From positions 32,001-96,000 of IMG/VR virus record IMGVR_UViG_3300035698_016128: DNA of 64,000 nucleotides. One strand, written 5' to 3'. This stretch comes from a virus. The position numbers and the translations under genes are program-made. Shown here piece after piece: positions 9,739 through 20,300 of this stretch. The notes beneath the pieces are model-generated. The model did no database searches. It saw only the letters and a program-made list of their open reading frames with translations, and was not told the origin of the DNA. The number at the start of each line of letters is the position of its first letter. The first letter of the stretch is position 1.

Positions 9739-10173
9739 TTACGCATTCGCCACAGCTCCCGGCCATCCGCACAGCACAGGCACCAGTTCGCCAGCCGCAT
9801 CCGCGGTCTCCAGGGCGATACCAATGACACCATACATGGTCCCACCATCCGCAAGCGCCTTGGACTGGCACGAACCCGCCGTGGTACCGGAGGCATACAC
9901 GGCTTCACCACGGGTAATGCCGTTGGAATCGCTGATGACCTTCTTGATCGGGCCGAAGCACATCACCGTCACCTCTTCGGTGATAGCCGCGTCTGCGAGG
10001 GCGATACCGATAACGGGCGTGGTAGTGGAGGTGGTGTGCTTGAGGACCTGGGGCCATGCGGTGCCGAGCTCAACGACCATGTTCTTCGAAATCGCGGCCT
10101 CGGCGTTGAAAGAGTGGATGAACCCATCCATCTGGTCACCCTTCGTGTATTTGTTGCTGGTCTGATCCGCCAT
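9739..10173 (-). CDS. Capsid cement/decoration protein (DUF2190-like)
   Basis: Ala/Gly-rich with two VIGIALxxA repeats; lies between scaffold and capsid genes. Confidence 0.75.
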   Translation of the reverse strand: MADQTSNKYTKGDQMDGFIHSFNAEAAISKNMVVELGTAWPQVLKHTTSTTTPVIGIALADAAITEEVTVMCFGPIKKVISDSNGITRGEAVYASGTTAGSCQSKALADGGTMYGVIGIALETADAAGELVPVLCGWPGAVANA

Positions 10174-10247
10174 TTTTTCTGTACCTCCTATTCCGTTTGA
10201 AATTCATTTAAGAACATTTGCCAGAGGGCCGGTGTTCCCGGTGGCCC

Positions 10248-10922
10248 TTAGACGGTGAGCTTCCCATCGTTGGACAACTTGATCATTGCCTCGCCGTAGG
10301 AGAGCTTGTTCTCAGCCGCATACTTCTCGATGTCCTCAACGGTCATCGAACCGTCAGAGCCGGTCTTCTTCACGTGCTGGCTCGTCTTTTCTTCCAGATC
10401 GATACGGCTTTCCTTGGGAATGCTTTCCAGAACGCGGGTGAGAATGTCCTGGAGGGAAAGCTTCGTTTCCTTGGGTTCCTTACCCTCAACGGGCTCGGAC
10501 AGGGTCACGGTCACATGGCCTTCGGACGGCGCGGCAAGCATAACCTGCTTGACGGTCTTGGTCAGGGCGGGCCACATGCCCTTCTCTTCCAGTTCCTTCA
10601 CGAAGGAATCGACGTCCTGCTCATACAGCCGTCGGGTATCACCCTCACGGCCCTTCAGCAGGGCGGTCACGGAATCGGTCAGGGTCTTGATCTCGCCGGA
10701 GAGCTTGGTGTTTTCCTCCTGCAAATTTTTGACGGTTTCATCGCCGGTACTCTTGGAAGCCTCAAGCTCTTTCGCCTTCTCTTCGAGAGTGACGATCTGC
10801 GCCTGAATGGCATCGGCGAATTTCTTGGCCTCGGGGTCGACCTTCTTATCGTCCTTCGGCTCGGTCAGCGTGGTAAGCTGGCCCTTCAGTTTGTTGAGTT
10901 CCTCGAGGATTTGATTCAGCAT
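10248..10922 (-). CDS. Nested in-frame scaffolding protein
   Basis: Internal AAGGAGG Shine-Dalgarno 11 nt before in-frame ATG 10922 (MLNQILEELNKLKGQ...), at the start of the coiled-coil region. Analogous to Mu gpZ and lambda Nu3. Confidence 0.65.
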   Translation of the reverse strand: MLNQILEELNKLKGQLTTLTEPKDDKKVDPEAKKFADAIQAQIVTLEEKAKELEASKSTGDETVKNLQEENTKLSGEIKTLTDSVTALLKGREGDTRRLYEQDVDSFVKELEEKGMWPALTKTVKQVMLAAPSEGHVTVTLSEPVEGKEPKETKLSLQDILTRVLESIPKESRIDLEEKTSQHVKKTGSDGSMTVEDIEKYAAENKLSYGEAMIKLSNDGKLTV

Positions 10923-12032
10923 TTCGTTTTTGTCCTCCTTTCCAGAGTTGTCTTCCTTCCCGCCATCGGTCTGTTCCGGTGACAGAATGATTTCACCTTC
11001 TTCACTGAGAATGGCGGGTGCCATGCCCTTGATAAAAGGCCGGTTTGTGAGGCCACCACCGAGAATCGTCGGTCCGAACTTCTTCCCAGTGGCGCGATCA
11101 GTGTAGTTGTCCACATACTCAGTACTGAAATACATGAACTCCTTGCTTTGCAGGCTGTCAAAGCCCCGCTTGGTAAGTTCCACGGTCGCCCAAAGCCCGT
11201 CTTCCTTCTCGTAAAGCTTCTTCAGCCACGAGGCCGCACCCCAGTCCGGGCGGTGCTTGAAGTCATAGGCGATGTGATCCTGCGGAACTCCTTCTTCGAA
11301 ATTCTTGATAAAGGTCTCGAACGTCTTAGGCGTGAACTCCAGAGTTCCATATTCGGGATGCTTGAACTTCCCGATTTTGAGAACCTGAATTTCGAACACC
11401 TTGGTTTCATCTGAGAACTCGATCTCTTCAGTCAGCGCTACCACACTGTCAGAAATGGTAAAGCCGATCTGGCTAGGGACGTCGAACTTCCGAGTAAACT
11501 CCTCGATGCTCTCCGCCTTGCGGTTCTTCGAAAGGCACGCTTCAAACTTCGGCTTGATTCTCGCCAGAACGTTCCCCGGCGCTCTCTTGCCCATGCGTGC
11601 ACCATTCGCCAACCGCCATGCCGCCATGACACCGTCGCCGTTGATGGAACCATCTTGGCACCGATAAGGAAAGCGTTTTTCCTCAGGCCAGAAATAGTGA
11701 CTGTCCGGAAGCTCGGCACGCTTCGAAGGCGGTGTCCAAACCGAAACCAGCGCCCCACCGTCATCCGACATCGACATGAGTTCGGCAAGCTCATGCTCAT
11801 CGTCATCGGTCATCGCTTCCATGTCCTCGATCGAAAGCGCCATGAACAGGCCGTCCATGACTTCCAACTTCCGTTTGAGGTCTTCGTCTTCCAGCTTCCC
11901 GCGCTTATCGGCTTCGACGAGGGGCATGCCATGCTTCTTCATGAAACTTTCCGTGCAAATGGCATAAGCAGAACCTTCGCTCTTCCCCTCCGCCTTCAAC
12001 GCAGTGACGCTTTCTTTCCATTCCGTCAGCAT
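10248..12032 (-). CDS. Prohead protease (Mu gpI-like) fused to scaffold
   Basis: IQVLKIGKFKHPEYG, IAYDFKH, AASWLKKL, YFSTEY and GGGLTNRPFIKGM motifs, followed by a coiled-coil C-terminal half. Confidence 0.85.
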   Translation of the reverse strand: MLTEWKESVTALKAEGKSEGSAYAICTESFMKKHGMPLVEADKRGKLEDEDLKRKLEVMDGLFMALSIEDMEAMTDDDEHELAELMSMSDDGGALVSVWTPPSKRAELPDSHYFWPEEKRFPYRCQDGSINGDGVMAAWRLANGARMGKRAPGNVLARIKPKFEACLSKNRKAESIEEFTRKFDVPSQIGFTISDSVVALTEEIEFSDETKVFEIQVLKIGKFKHPEYGTLEFTPKTFETFIKNFEEGVPQDHIAYDFKHRPDWGAASWLKKLYEKEDGLWATVELTKRGFDSLQSKEFMYFSTEYVDNYTDRATGKKFGPTILGGGLTNRPFIKGMAPAILSEEGEIILSPEQTDGGKEDNSGKEDKNEMLNQILEELNKLKGQLTTLTEPKDDKKVDPEAKKFADAIQAQIVTLEEKAKELEASKSTGDETVKNLQEENTKLSGEIKTLTDSVTALLKGREGDTRRLYEQDVDSFVKELEEKGMWPALTKTVKQVMLAAPSEGHVTVTLSEPVEGKEPKETKLSLQDILTRVLESIPKESRIDLEEKTSQHVKKTGSDGSMTVEDIEKYAAENKLSYGEAMIKLSNDGKLTV

Positions 12033-12092
12033 TTTTTACCTCCTTTGATTCTGGACACTTTTATATCCTAACGACTAATGGATATCACAACC

Positions 12093-12530
12093 CTATCCAG
12101 TTGTCAATAGGTTTTTAAAAGGGTCCACGAAAAAAGTTCCCCGTATGAGGCGTACTTTTACGTAAGCATTGTGAGCAATCGCATCAGAAATACTACGCAC
12201 CCTACTACCGCCACCGCTTGCTCCCATTGACTGCCACTTGTTCAAACATACCTCAACGTGCGTTGCCCTTCTGGCTTCGTTAAGCCCGAACACAAGACAA
12301 CCAGCATACGGCACCGGCACCGTCTCAGCATAGAACATGCGCATAATTGCATCAGCAGTAAGGTCGATCTTCCGTGAGACAAGCCCCACTGACTTCAGCC
12401 CCTCAAGCACATAGCCGCTGCAATCAAAAGAAGATGGATCATCGCCACCCCATGTGTAGAATGTGCCTATGAAGTGTCTGAGGTATGAAATAAACTCTCC
12501 CCTCAACTCTTCCACATCAAGAAGTGTCAT
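12093..12530 (-). CDS. NlpC/P60 peptidase (putative endolysin)
   Basis: YTWGG...FDCSGYV catalytic Cys motif and a downstream His (THVEV). Confidence 0.85.
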   Translation of the reverse strand: MTLLDVEELRGEFISYLRHFIGTFYTWGGDDPSSFDCSGYVLEGLKSVGLVSRKIDLTADAIMRMFYAETVPVPYAGCLVFGLNEARRATHVEVCLNKWQSMGASGGGSRVRSISDAIAHNAYVKVRLIRGTFFVDPFKNLLTTG

Positions 12531-12542
12531 GCCAGTATCTCC

Positions 12543-12917
12543 TTAAAATTCGCTATCATCTTGGTCTGACAATAGCGGTAGTCTGCGGGCCGTTGCTATC
12601 TGGTCTAGACGTTTCCGGACATAAGTTATATCCTTGGTTATCTGTAACATCTGTGGCCCCATGACATCCTTCCTCACAAAGACCTCATGGCTCAATTTCT
12701 TATGAGATTCCAAATCTGTCTTCACAGTATTGAGCTCCTTTTCAAACCTAACACAGTCCTCCCTTGATGTGACCGCGATCTCTGCCTTGAGAGCCTCGCT
12801 CTGTGTAAGGCAATACTTTGGCTTAATTACAAACCTGTTTGCTAAGAGCGTTAATACTCCAACCACAAACCCGCTAAGCGATGCCACAATCAGGGGGTGC
12901 GCCCAGTCCCAAGCCAT
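12543..12917 (-). CDS. Single-TM plus coiled-coil membrane protein (holin-like, putative)
   Basis: AGGGAG RBS before ATG 12917; N-terminal hydrophobic helix (HPLIVASLSGFVVGVLTLLANRF); adjacent to the NlpC/P60 gene. Confidence 0.5.
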   Translation of the reverse strand: MAWDWAHPLIVASLSGFVVGVLTLLANRFVIKPKYCLTQSEALKAEIAVTSREDCVRFEKELNTVKTDLESHKKLSHEVFVRKDVMGPQMLQITKDITYVRKRLDQIATARRLPLLSDQDDSEF

Positions 12918-12948
12918 TGAAATCTCCCTATATGAAAAAAAAACAGAT

Positions 12949-14274
12949 TTATTCTTTCTTGGTTCTCTCATCGTCTCGCGCCCAAACTGAGTGCGAACCA
13001 CGATACCCTGTTTTATCGTAACGCCACGCCTCAACAGATTTCATTGGCTCACCTATAAGCCCTTTTCTGAAATGCCAAGCATCGACATTACATAGACACG
13101 GATTCCTCCTTATTAAAACGCCATTGGTTGGCACAACACCTTCGTACATTTTTTCCCACCGCTGGTGTTTGTGGCCTACCTGTATTTCCCGATACGTGCT
13201 CTGGCTCCAGACCTCACGTGCCTCTGTGCTGAATGTGATTGCAAGCTGGTTCGGGTTCTTCTCAGCCCCATGGTCAAAGCCGAGCAGGGTGCCGCCATAC
13301 ATGCGGAACTTGCGTGGCATCATGCGAAGGTCGGACGTAACCCTAGGGTCTAGATGAAACCGTTGTTCCAAAGCGGCGATGAGCGAGAAAGAACTCGTTA
13401 TGTCATGATTCCCAGGGATGTATATGAGTTCGATATCATTACAAATCTCCAGCGCTCTCTCCACCATGTAAACAAGACATTTCAGAGCCGCCGTATAAAC
13501 CTTGGCGTAGCGAGTATCAACGTCAAGAAAGTGTTCACCCATGGCGGTCGTCATGCGGACAGAATCAAAATGCATGAAGTCATTACCGATAGGCATGAGC
13601 AGTTTCGTGATGGGATACAGGCGTAACTCTTCAATCATGTCATCAACGGAATTCTTGACGCGGTTGTATGCGATGTTCAAATCATAGTCAGCGCCGACCT
13701 CAGCATTCCACGCATACATTCCAATATGCGCATCCCAAAGCCCCCACGCCACCATATAGCCGTCTTTTTCAAGTTTAGGCACCTTGGTAAGCTTCGGCTT
13801 CGGCATGGGCCTAACGTGGTCCCTGACGAAACCAAGTATTGCGTGCTCCATCTCTTCCGTCATAATCCTCTTGAAGGAACACTTGCTCTGTATAAGCTGT
13901 ACCTTCTGATGACCTTCGCCATCCTTCAGCTTGTAAAAACCCTGCCACGTATTCGGTTTGTAGTACTGAGGAATCCATCTCTTCGGGTCAAGCTTGCAGA
14001 GATCCATCAGCTCTTCAACTGTTGCGGGCCTATCAAGCTTGAGAAGCTCGACGGTGCCGTCAATCTCCGTCCTGTCAATCACCCTTCCTACTCCGCGGTC
14101 AAGGGGCGGCTCGCCTTTAATACCGCCAGTGGGTTGATACTTCTGAATGTACCTTTGGGCCGTTGCAGAACCAATACCAAAGTGCCGTGCAATCTCCCGC
14201 ACAGAAGCTCCGTCGTTTCGCATCTCCACGATTCGCACAATCTGTTCGTCTGGCAGTTTTGGTTTAGGCGGCAT
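12949..14274 (-). CDS. HTH + calcineurin-like metallophosphoesterase
   Basis: N-terminal HTH (GASVREIARHFGIGSATAQRY). Phosphoesterase motifs DAHIG, GNDFMHFD, PGNHD, DHG and GHKH. Confidence 0.8.
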   Translation of the reverse strand: MPPKPKLPDEQIVRIVEMRNDGASVREIARHFGIGSATAQRYIQKYQPTGGIKGEPPLDRGVGRVIDRTEIDGTVELLKLDRPATVEELMDLCKLDPKRWIPQYYKPNTWQGFYKLKDGEGHQKVQLIQSKCSFKRIMTEEMEHAILGFVRDHVRPMPKPKLTKVPKLEKDGYMVAWGLWDAHIGMYAWNAEVGADYDLNIAYNRVKNSVDDMIEELRLYPITKLLMPIGNDFMHFDSVRMTTAMGEHFLDVDTRYAKVYTAALKCLVYMVERALEICNDIELIYIPGNHDITSSFSLIAALEQRFHLDPRVTSDLRMMPRKFRMYGGTLLGFDHGAEKNPNQLAITFSTEAREVWSQSTYREIQVGHKHQRWEKMYEGVVPTNGVLIRRNPCLCNVDAWHFRKGLIGEPMKSVEAWRYDKTGYRGSHSVWARDDERTKKE

Positions 14275-14347
14275 TTAAATCCCCTTCCACATTAAGATTA
14301 ACTCTTTAGGTAGAATACGTACAAGATCTACCTCACGCTACTGTCTA

Positions 14348-14749
14348 TCAATAAAGGCCAAAAATGAAAATCAAAAGCTCCTCAATGGCATCGAGAATTT
14401 CAGTATAATCACCGCCACCCCCGGTACCAGTAAAGAAGTCATCAGCAACGACCACATAACTTTCGCTTTTGCCCCAAAGAAAATACGTGACGTTCGTTAC
14501 TGATACAAGCCACGTGCCTAATGTGTCTGGTGTATATGTAACCTCATAATACCCTGAATCTACAAATTTCTCAATGATCCCGAAATTAATATCCGCAAGA
14601 CTAGTTGAGTCAGTACGCTCGACACCATTCGAATCATAAATGGCAACAACGAAATCACCCTGAGACAACCCGCCAACTAGCGCCCCAGTATCAGGATGAT
14701 TCACACTGAATTCATCTGAACATGTCTGATCAATTAAGGTGTAATTCAT
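14348..14749 (-). CDS. Hypothetical virion-associated protein (Ig-like beta-rich)
   Basis: 133 aa, YYEVTYTPDTLGTWLVSV pattern; within the structural block. Confidence 0.5.
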   Translation of the reverse strand: MNYTLIDQTCSDEFSVNHPDTGALVGGLSQGDFVVAIYDSNGVERTDSTSLADINFGIIEKFVDSGYYEVTYTPDTLGTWLVSVTNVTYFLWGKSESYVVVADDFFTGTGGGGDYTEILDAIEELLIFIFGLY

Positions 14750-14809
14750 TTTGCCACTCTCTTAACTGTCTTTCTCAAACATACAGGTTAAACAACTCCG
14801 CATCAAACC

Positions 14810-16420
14810 TTATTCATAGATAATAGTTGCATTTGAGTTCTGAACAGTTATCGCCAAGGTCAGCCCGTTACTAAAAGGTAAATTTTGGAAATCCAAAGAC
14901 TGCGGCTCTACTTTCTTTTCCAAAGTGCCGGATGACCAAATCTTTGTACCGCTTGCCGCCGTGTTGTCATAGAGAGTGATGATACTACCAGCCACTATCC
15001 CGCCTAATATCATCCCCCTTAAAATACCGGCCCCATTCTTCAACACCAACTCGGCAATGTCTCCTTCCTGGTATTTATACTTCGGAGTGGTCTCCAAATC
15101 ACCAAATCTGAATACCGAAGCCGCAAGTATCTCAAATTGATTATCAACAGCCGAAGTGGTATTTATGTTCTCCATTTTAATCGGTAATGAGTTTGTTGCC
15201 ACCAACGATTCAGTTGTAGATGATATTTTATGAAGTAGCTTTCCATTGACAAAGAACATCACTGCCCTTTCCCAATACCAGATTGTAAAATCTCCCATGG
15301 CAGTGGACATAGGCAGGGCTGATCCGTAATCACCGTTGAAGCTTCCAGAAGCAACGATGTTATCTACGGTAGCCTTCCTTGAGCCTACACCGAAGGTAGC
15401 TCCGCCTACTTGGAAGAAAAAACCATTGTCGTCATCATAAGCACCCATTCTTCGGATATTACCATCAACAGGAGCCGTGACCAATCGCCCAGTAAACTTC
15501 ATCTCGTTGGCGGTTCCAGCCACGTGCCTCGACCTATCTACTGTCTCATATGAGGCAGTACTATCTGTCGCAGCGCTTGTAGACAAAGTTATCTCACCAT
15601 TCTGTGTAACTGCTCCGCCACCCTCTGATGTCTCCCCCCAAAAGTTTGTGTCCTTGACTGTTCCACTGAAACTCGTTCCCAATGTTCTTACTGGATTCAC
15701 CACCTTCAGTTTCCCAAAAGGAGTTACCTTCGCCCTGATGCTACTTATGGGGTCATAAAGAGCAGAAGACGTTTTGGCTCTACCATCTTCTGTCAATTCA
15801 CTTGCCATTGGCACAGCAATCGGGCAAAGAACTCCCTGGAGTCTGAAATATGTAGTAGCCGATGGCCCTGCGTTGGTTACCCGTATTCTCCAGTAAGACT
15901 GCGTCGCCTGAATTGTTTCGCCCCTGCCACCCTTTGTAGCGATGTAATCAAACTCATAAGAGATATCCCAATTGGTAGCATCAGGACTTTGTTCGATATA
16001 AATTATACAGTTCTGATCTGTCTTAAGGCTCCATTGCAAGCCAACTACCCCAAGGGTTGACGAAGCCACGCCGGTAAAGGTCTCCGCACTATCAAGATTA
16101 ACGACACTCGAATTATTAGTATCCGCATAGACAGATTGAACAGCGGAAACACCAAGGTGATACCCACCATCTGCATCAAAGTGTGAATCAATAATGTTTC
16201 CATTCGAATCAACCAGACTGGTCTCCGTTACCCCTCCGCCGGTACCAACTAAGTTCACCGACATAGGGTTTTCTGAATCTATGAAGTTTCCGTTCTCATC
16301 GACTAGACTGGTCTCCGTTACCCCTCCGCCGGTACCAACTAAGTTCACCGACATAGGGTTTTCTGAATCTATGAAGTTTCCGTTCTCATCGACTAGCCGT
16401 ACCAACTTAGGATATGCCAT
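14810..16420 (-). CDS. Virion structural/fibre-associated protein with N-terminal 30-aa duplication
   Basis: 536 aa, Ser/Thr/Gly-rich beta-sandwich-like composition; the repeat VDENGNFIDSENPMSVNLVGTGGGVTETSL occurs twice. Confidence 0.65.
   Translation of the reverse strand: MAYPKLVRLVDENGNFIDSENPMSVNLVGTGGGVTETSLVDENGNFIDSENPMSVNLVGTGGGVTETSLVDSNGNIIDSHFDADGGYHLGVSAVQSVYADTNNSSVVNLDSAETFTGVASSTLGVVGLQWSLKTDQNCIIYIEQSPDATNWDISYEFDYIATKGGRGETIQATQSYWRIRVTNAGPSATTYFRLQGVLCPIAVPMASELTEDGRAKTSSALYDPISSIRAKVTPFGKLKVVNPVRTLGTSFSGTVKDTNFWGETSEGGGAVTQNGEITLSTSAATDSTASYETVDRSRHVAGTANEMKFTGRLVTAPVDGNIRRMGAYDDDNGFFFQVGGATFGVGSRKATVDNIVASGSFNGDYGSALPMSTAMGDFTIWYWERAVMFFVNGKLLHKISSTTESLVATNSLPIKMENINTTSAVDNQFEILAASVFRFGDLETTPKYKYQEGDIAELVLKNGAGILRGMILGGIVAGSIITLYDNTAASGTKIWSSGTLEKKVEPQSLDFQNLPFSNGLTLAITVQNSNATIIYE
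16215..16396. repeat. Perfect 90-bp tandem duplication
   Basis: AGACTGGTCTCCGTTACCCC...CATCGACT occurs at 16215 and 16305; period 90 nt, in frame. Confidence 0.95.
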
Positions 16421-16479
16421 TATATGTTTCCTCCCTCTAATGTTTGCGAATGATGATCAGCCCTCATGAACACCCCTAA

Positions 16480-16938
16480 TTAGTCGTACACCAAAAGCCC
16501 CAACTCCAAGTATACCGTTCCAGTTGCATTAACAGAGTCGTTATTGAGAATGTACAGATACAGCTTGTTGTCCTGGATGGTATCGAGATTACGGGCCAGC
16601 AGGAAACCAAAATCGCTATCTATTTCCTGCAAGTTGACATTGACGAGCGTAACAAGCTCGCCTATCGAATTGACCTTGGTGATGTCGTCCACGTTGAGGA
16701 TGGCGATATCGAAATCAGTGGAGTCACATTCGACATTCAAACTGCAAATTCTCACGACCGCTGCATCGCCAGCCAAATCGCCATCAGCATCCGATTGCAT
16801 ACCCGGGATTGGCAATGCAATAAGTTCCGTGCATGCCACGCCAGCGCCTACGCCTGTGGAATCCGAATACATGACCATGGTTGCTCTCGGGTAGTTCTTA
16901 CCTGCTATGACGTTGATTACGGTTGCGGTAACAGACAT
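16480..16938 (-). CDS. Hypothetical protein (structural block)
   Basis: 152 aa ORF with GGAG RBS, co-oriented with the block. Confidence 0.65.
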   Translation of the reverse strand: MSVTATVINVIAGKNYPRATMVMYSDSTGVGAGVACTELIALPIPGMQSDADGDLAGDAAVVRICSLNVECDSTDFDIAILNVDDITKVNSIGELVTLVNVNLQEIDSDFGFLLARNLDTIQDNKLYLYILNNDSVNATGTVYLELGLLVYD

Positions 16939-17008
16939 GGTTGATTCTCCTTTGAGTTAATGAAATTCCAATATAAACAACTTCAGCCTATTTAATTATC
17001 TACGCCCC

Positions 17009-17347
17009 TTATTGAGTAATCTCTGGGATATCCGCCAACCTGTCGTTCTTTTCCTGAATAACGATATCCACTCTATCCTGCGCAGTTAATCCTCCTTCTC
17101 GATACACATTTAGCAATTCCCGAATCAACTCCAAATCATGCAAAGATAAATTATTCTTTAGCTGTTGAACCCGTGTAATATCTGCGATAAGCAGATCACG
17201 TTTAGCGATTAAATCAGCCTTAGTCATTACAGTTGAAGATGACCACATCGTATAGGTCAACCCATCAACGCTTGGCTGATAATACATTCCCGCAAAACAC
17301 GGAGACACAAACGATAAAACTAACAAAATCGAAAATAAAGTTCTCAT
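17009..17347 (-). CDS. Hypothetical protein with Sec-type signal peptide
   Basis: MRTLFSILLVLSFVSPCFA|GMYY: basic, hydrophobic, then small-x-A pattern; directly downstream of the giant fibre gene. Confidence 0.6.
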   Translation of the reverse strand: MRTLFSILLVLSFVSPCFAGMYYQPSVDGLTYTMWSSSTVMTKADLIAKRDLLIADITRVQQLKNNLSLHDLELIRELLNVYREGGLTAQDRVDIVIQEKNDRLADIPEITQ

Positions 17348-17364
17348 CTTAACTTCTCCTTATT

Positions 17365-20300
17365 TTATGTATCAGATAAATATACAAGAGAGAGCACTCC
17401 ATATATTGCATATAGTGTGGAATTTGATGTGTAGTTCATCACCGCCGGTCTTATGGCAAAAGCATCAGTTGTTGCATCAATATACACTGGAATAGAAACA
17501 GACTCCCAACCAGATCCCTCATGGTTCGTGCATGATCTGCCCCCAAGTTGTGTGCCAGACACATTAATTATGCCAATGCAAATCATATCAGAATCGTCAC
17601 TATTATCATAAGTAAGCGTGAGCGTTCCTCTGTAAATTCCAGCCGTGGTGATTGTAAATACATCGCCGGTCTCAGTAACCCCATTAGCAGCATCAAGGGT
17701 CCATAAAGGTGGTGAAGAGGTTGTAATATGATACCAAACCTTTGAAGAGCTCAGGGTAATATTATTATTTGCACCATTCCCAAACGTTGCAAATGCATGG
17801 CCCTTCTCTGTAACCAATACTTGCCCTGTAATTTCGAGTTCGTCGTTCGTGTCATCCCATATTAAACCGGCATCCCCGCCAAAAGCAGACCCACCATTGT
17901 TGTACTGAATCTGTCCGTCAGTGCCCGCCACTCCGCCAGCGTTATCATCTACGTAACCCTGAGTTACAAACTTATCGTTATCTGCAACTCCAGCAGTAAC
18001 AGAAGCGATTCCATTAAGAAGCCCAAGTTCAGTAGTTGAAATTGTAGCAGACTCGATAATAGCACCAGCACTGGAGACCATCACAAGGTCATTGCCTAAT
18101 GCAGCGCTGGAGTTAGTTCCCCCTTCAGCAATAGCAATATCTGTACCGTTCCATGTTGAAGAAGTGATAGTGCCGAGTACGGCAGATCCGGCAGCAAGCG
18201 CACCCACAATAGTAAGGGCGTCGGTTGCCTTAACGTATGTTAATCCAGCATCACCACCGAAGGAACCAGAATCATTAAACTGTACCTGAGTATCCGCCCC
18301 GCCAGGAGAAGTGGAGCCGCCAGCACTATCGTCCACATATCCCTGGGTTACGAACTTATCGTTATCACCCGCCCCTGTTGAAACAGAAGCAATTCCATTG
18401 AGCAAGCCAAGCTCGGTGGTTGAAATCGTAGCAGACTCAATAATGGCACCAGCACTGGAAATCATCACAAGATCGTTTGCTAATGCTGCGCCCGAATTCG
18501 TACCGCCATCTGCAATAGGTACATCTGTTCCATCTGCACGATAAATGTATTTTGCTCCTATGGTTACTGCCGTAGGAAGATCGGTTCCAAATGCTGGAAC
18601 ACCAGCTCCTGTGGTGGCAAGAATCGAAGAGTTTCCGGTAGCCAGCCCTGCCACTACGTTGGCCCCATTGCTGTAAAGCAACTCAGAAGCACCGTAGGTA
18701 TCAGCAAAGGTTGCGGTAGACCAAGACATGGTACCATCCGCATCAGATTGAAGAACTTGGTTTGCAGTGCCGTTTGCGAGGCTAGTGCCTGTCCCACCAT
18801 CAAGTAGGGGAATGTCTGTTCCGTCTGCACGATAGAGATATTTTGTTCCGATAGTTACTGCTGTAGGGATGTCCGTTCCAATTGCAGGAATTCCGCCTGC
18901 GCCTGTCACTAGAACTCCACTGTTAGCTGTAGCAAGCCCACCTACAATGTTCGCCGTACCTGACCAAAGAATTTCATTTACCGTTGTTGTGGCAGGATAG
19001 GTGGCTGTTGACCACGCCGGAGCTGTGCTTGATCCAGACTGAAGCATTTGCAGGGCTGTTGCGGTAGCCGCAAGCACTTCCATTGAATCAGCATCAGTAT
19101 ATACGATTCCACCGTCACTTGCGGTTAAGTTTTTTGCCGACCCACCGTAGGTAAGACCAACCACATCCCCAGTCCAGGTTGAGGAAGTGACAGTACCGAG
19201 TACAGCGGACCCCGCAGAGAGTGCGCCGACTAAAGTAAGAGCATCGGTCGCCTTGACATATGTTAATCCAGCATCTCCGCCAAAGGACCCACCATCATTA
19301 AACTGCACTTGGGTATCCGCCCCACCGGGAGAAGTAGAACCAGCATTATCATCTACATACCCTTGAGTTACAAACTTGTCATTATCACCTGCCCCGGTAG
19401 AAACAGAAGCTATACCGTTGAGTAGGCCAAGCTCGGTTGTTGAAATTGTAGCGGATTCAATAACGGCACCGGCACTGGAAACCATTACAAGGTCGTTTGC
19501 CAATGCTGCACTCGAATTCGTTCCACCATCTGCAACAGGTACATCTGTACCATCTGCACGATAAAGATATTTAGTTCCTATGGTCACGGCTGTCGGAATA
19601 TCTGTTTCAATAGAAGGAATGTTCCCGGCTGAGGTAACAAGTACACCTGATGCACCAGCAGCGATACCGCCTACAACATTAGCAGACGAACCGAACAGGA
19701 TCTCATTCACACCAACAGCCGTAGGGTATGTAGCCGTTGACCATGTAGGAGCAGTGCTTGAACCTGACCTAAGTATTTGCCCTGCCGTTGCAGTTGCGGC
19801 GAGTACTTCCAATGAATCAGCATCCGAATATATTATTCCACCATCACTTGCGGTCAAGCCCTTATTCGTTCCACCATCAGCCAGCGGTACATCTGTTCCA
19901 CCCGCACGGTAAATATAACCGGCCCCAATGGTCACTGCCGTAGGAAGGTCCGTTCCCAATGAGGGAACACCGCTTCCATCCGTTGCCAGAATCGAAGAAT
20001 TTCCAGTAGCCAGTCCCGCTACTATATTGGCACCGTTACTGTAGAGAAGTTCACTTGCGCCGTAAGTATCAGCAAAGGTAGAAGTGGACCAAGACATGGT
20101 ACCATCTGCATCGGACTGAAGAACTTGATTTGCAGTACCATTTGCAAGAGATGTTCCCGTACCACCATCTAACATTGGAATATCTGTCCCCCCTGTACGG
20201 TAAATATAACCAGTTCCGATGGTTACCCCCGTGGGGATGTCGGTCGCTATTGAGGGAACTCCCGCAGCACTCGTTATCAGAATCCCACTGTTAGCCGTAG

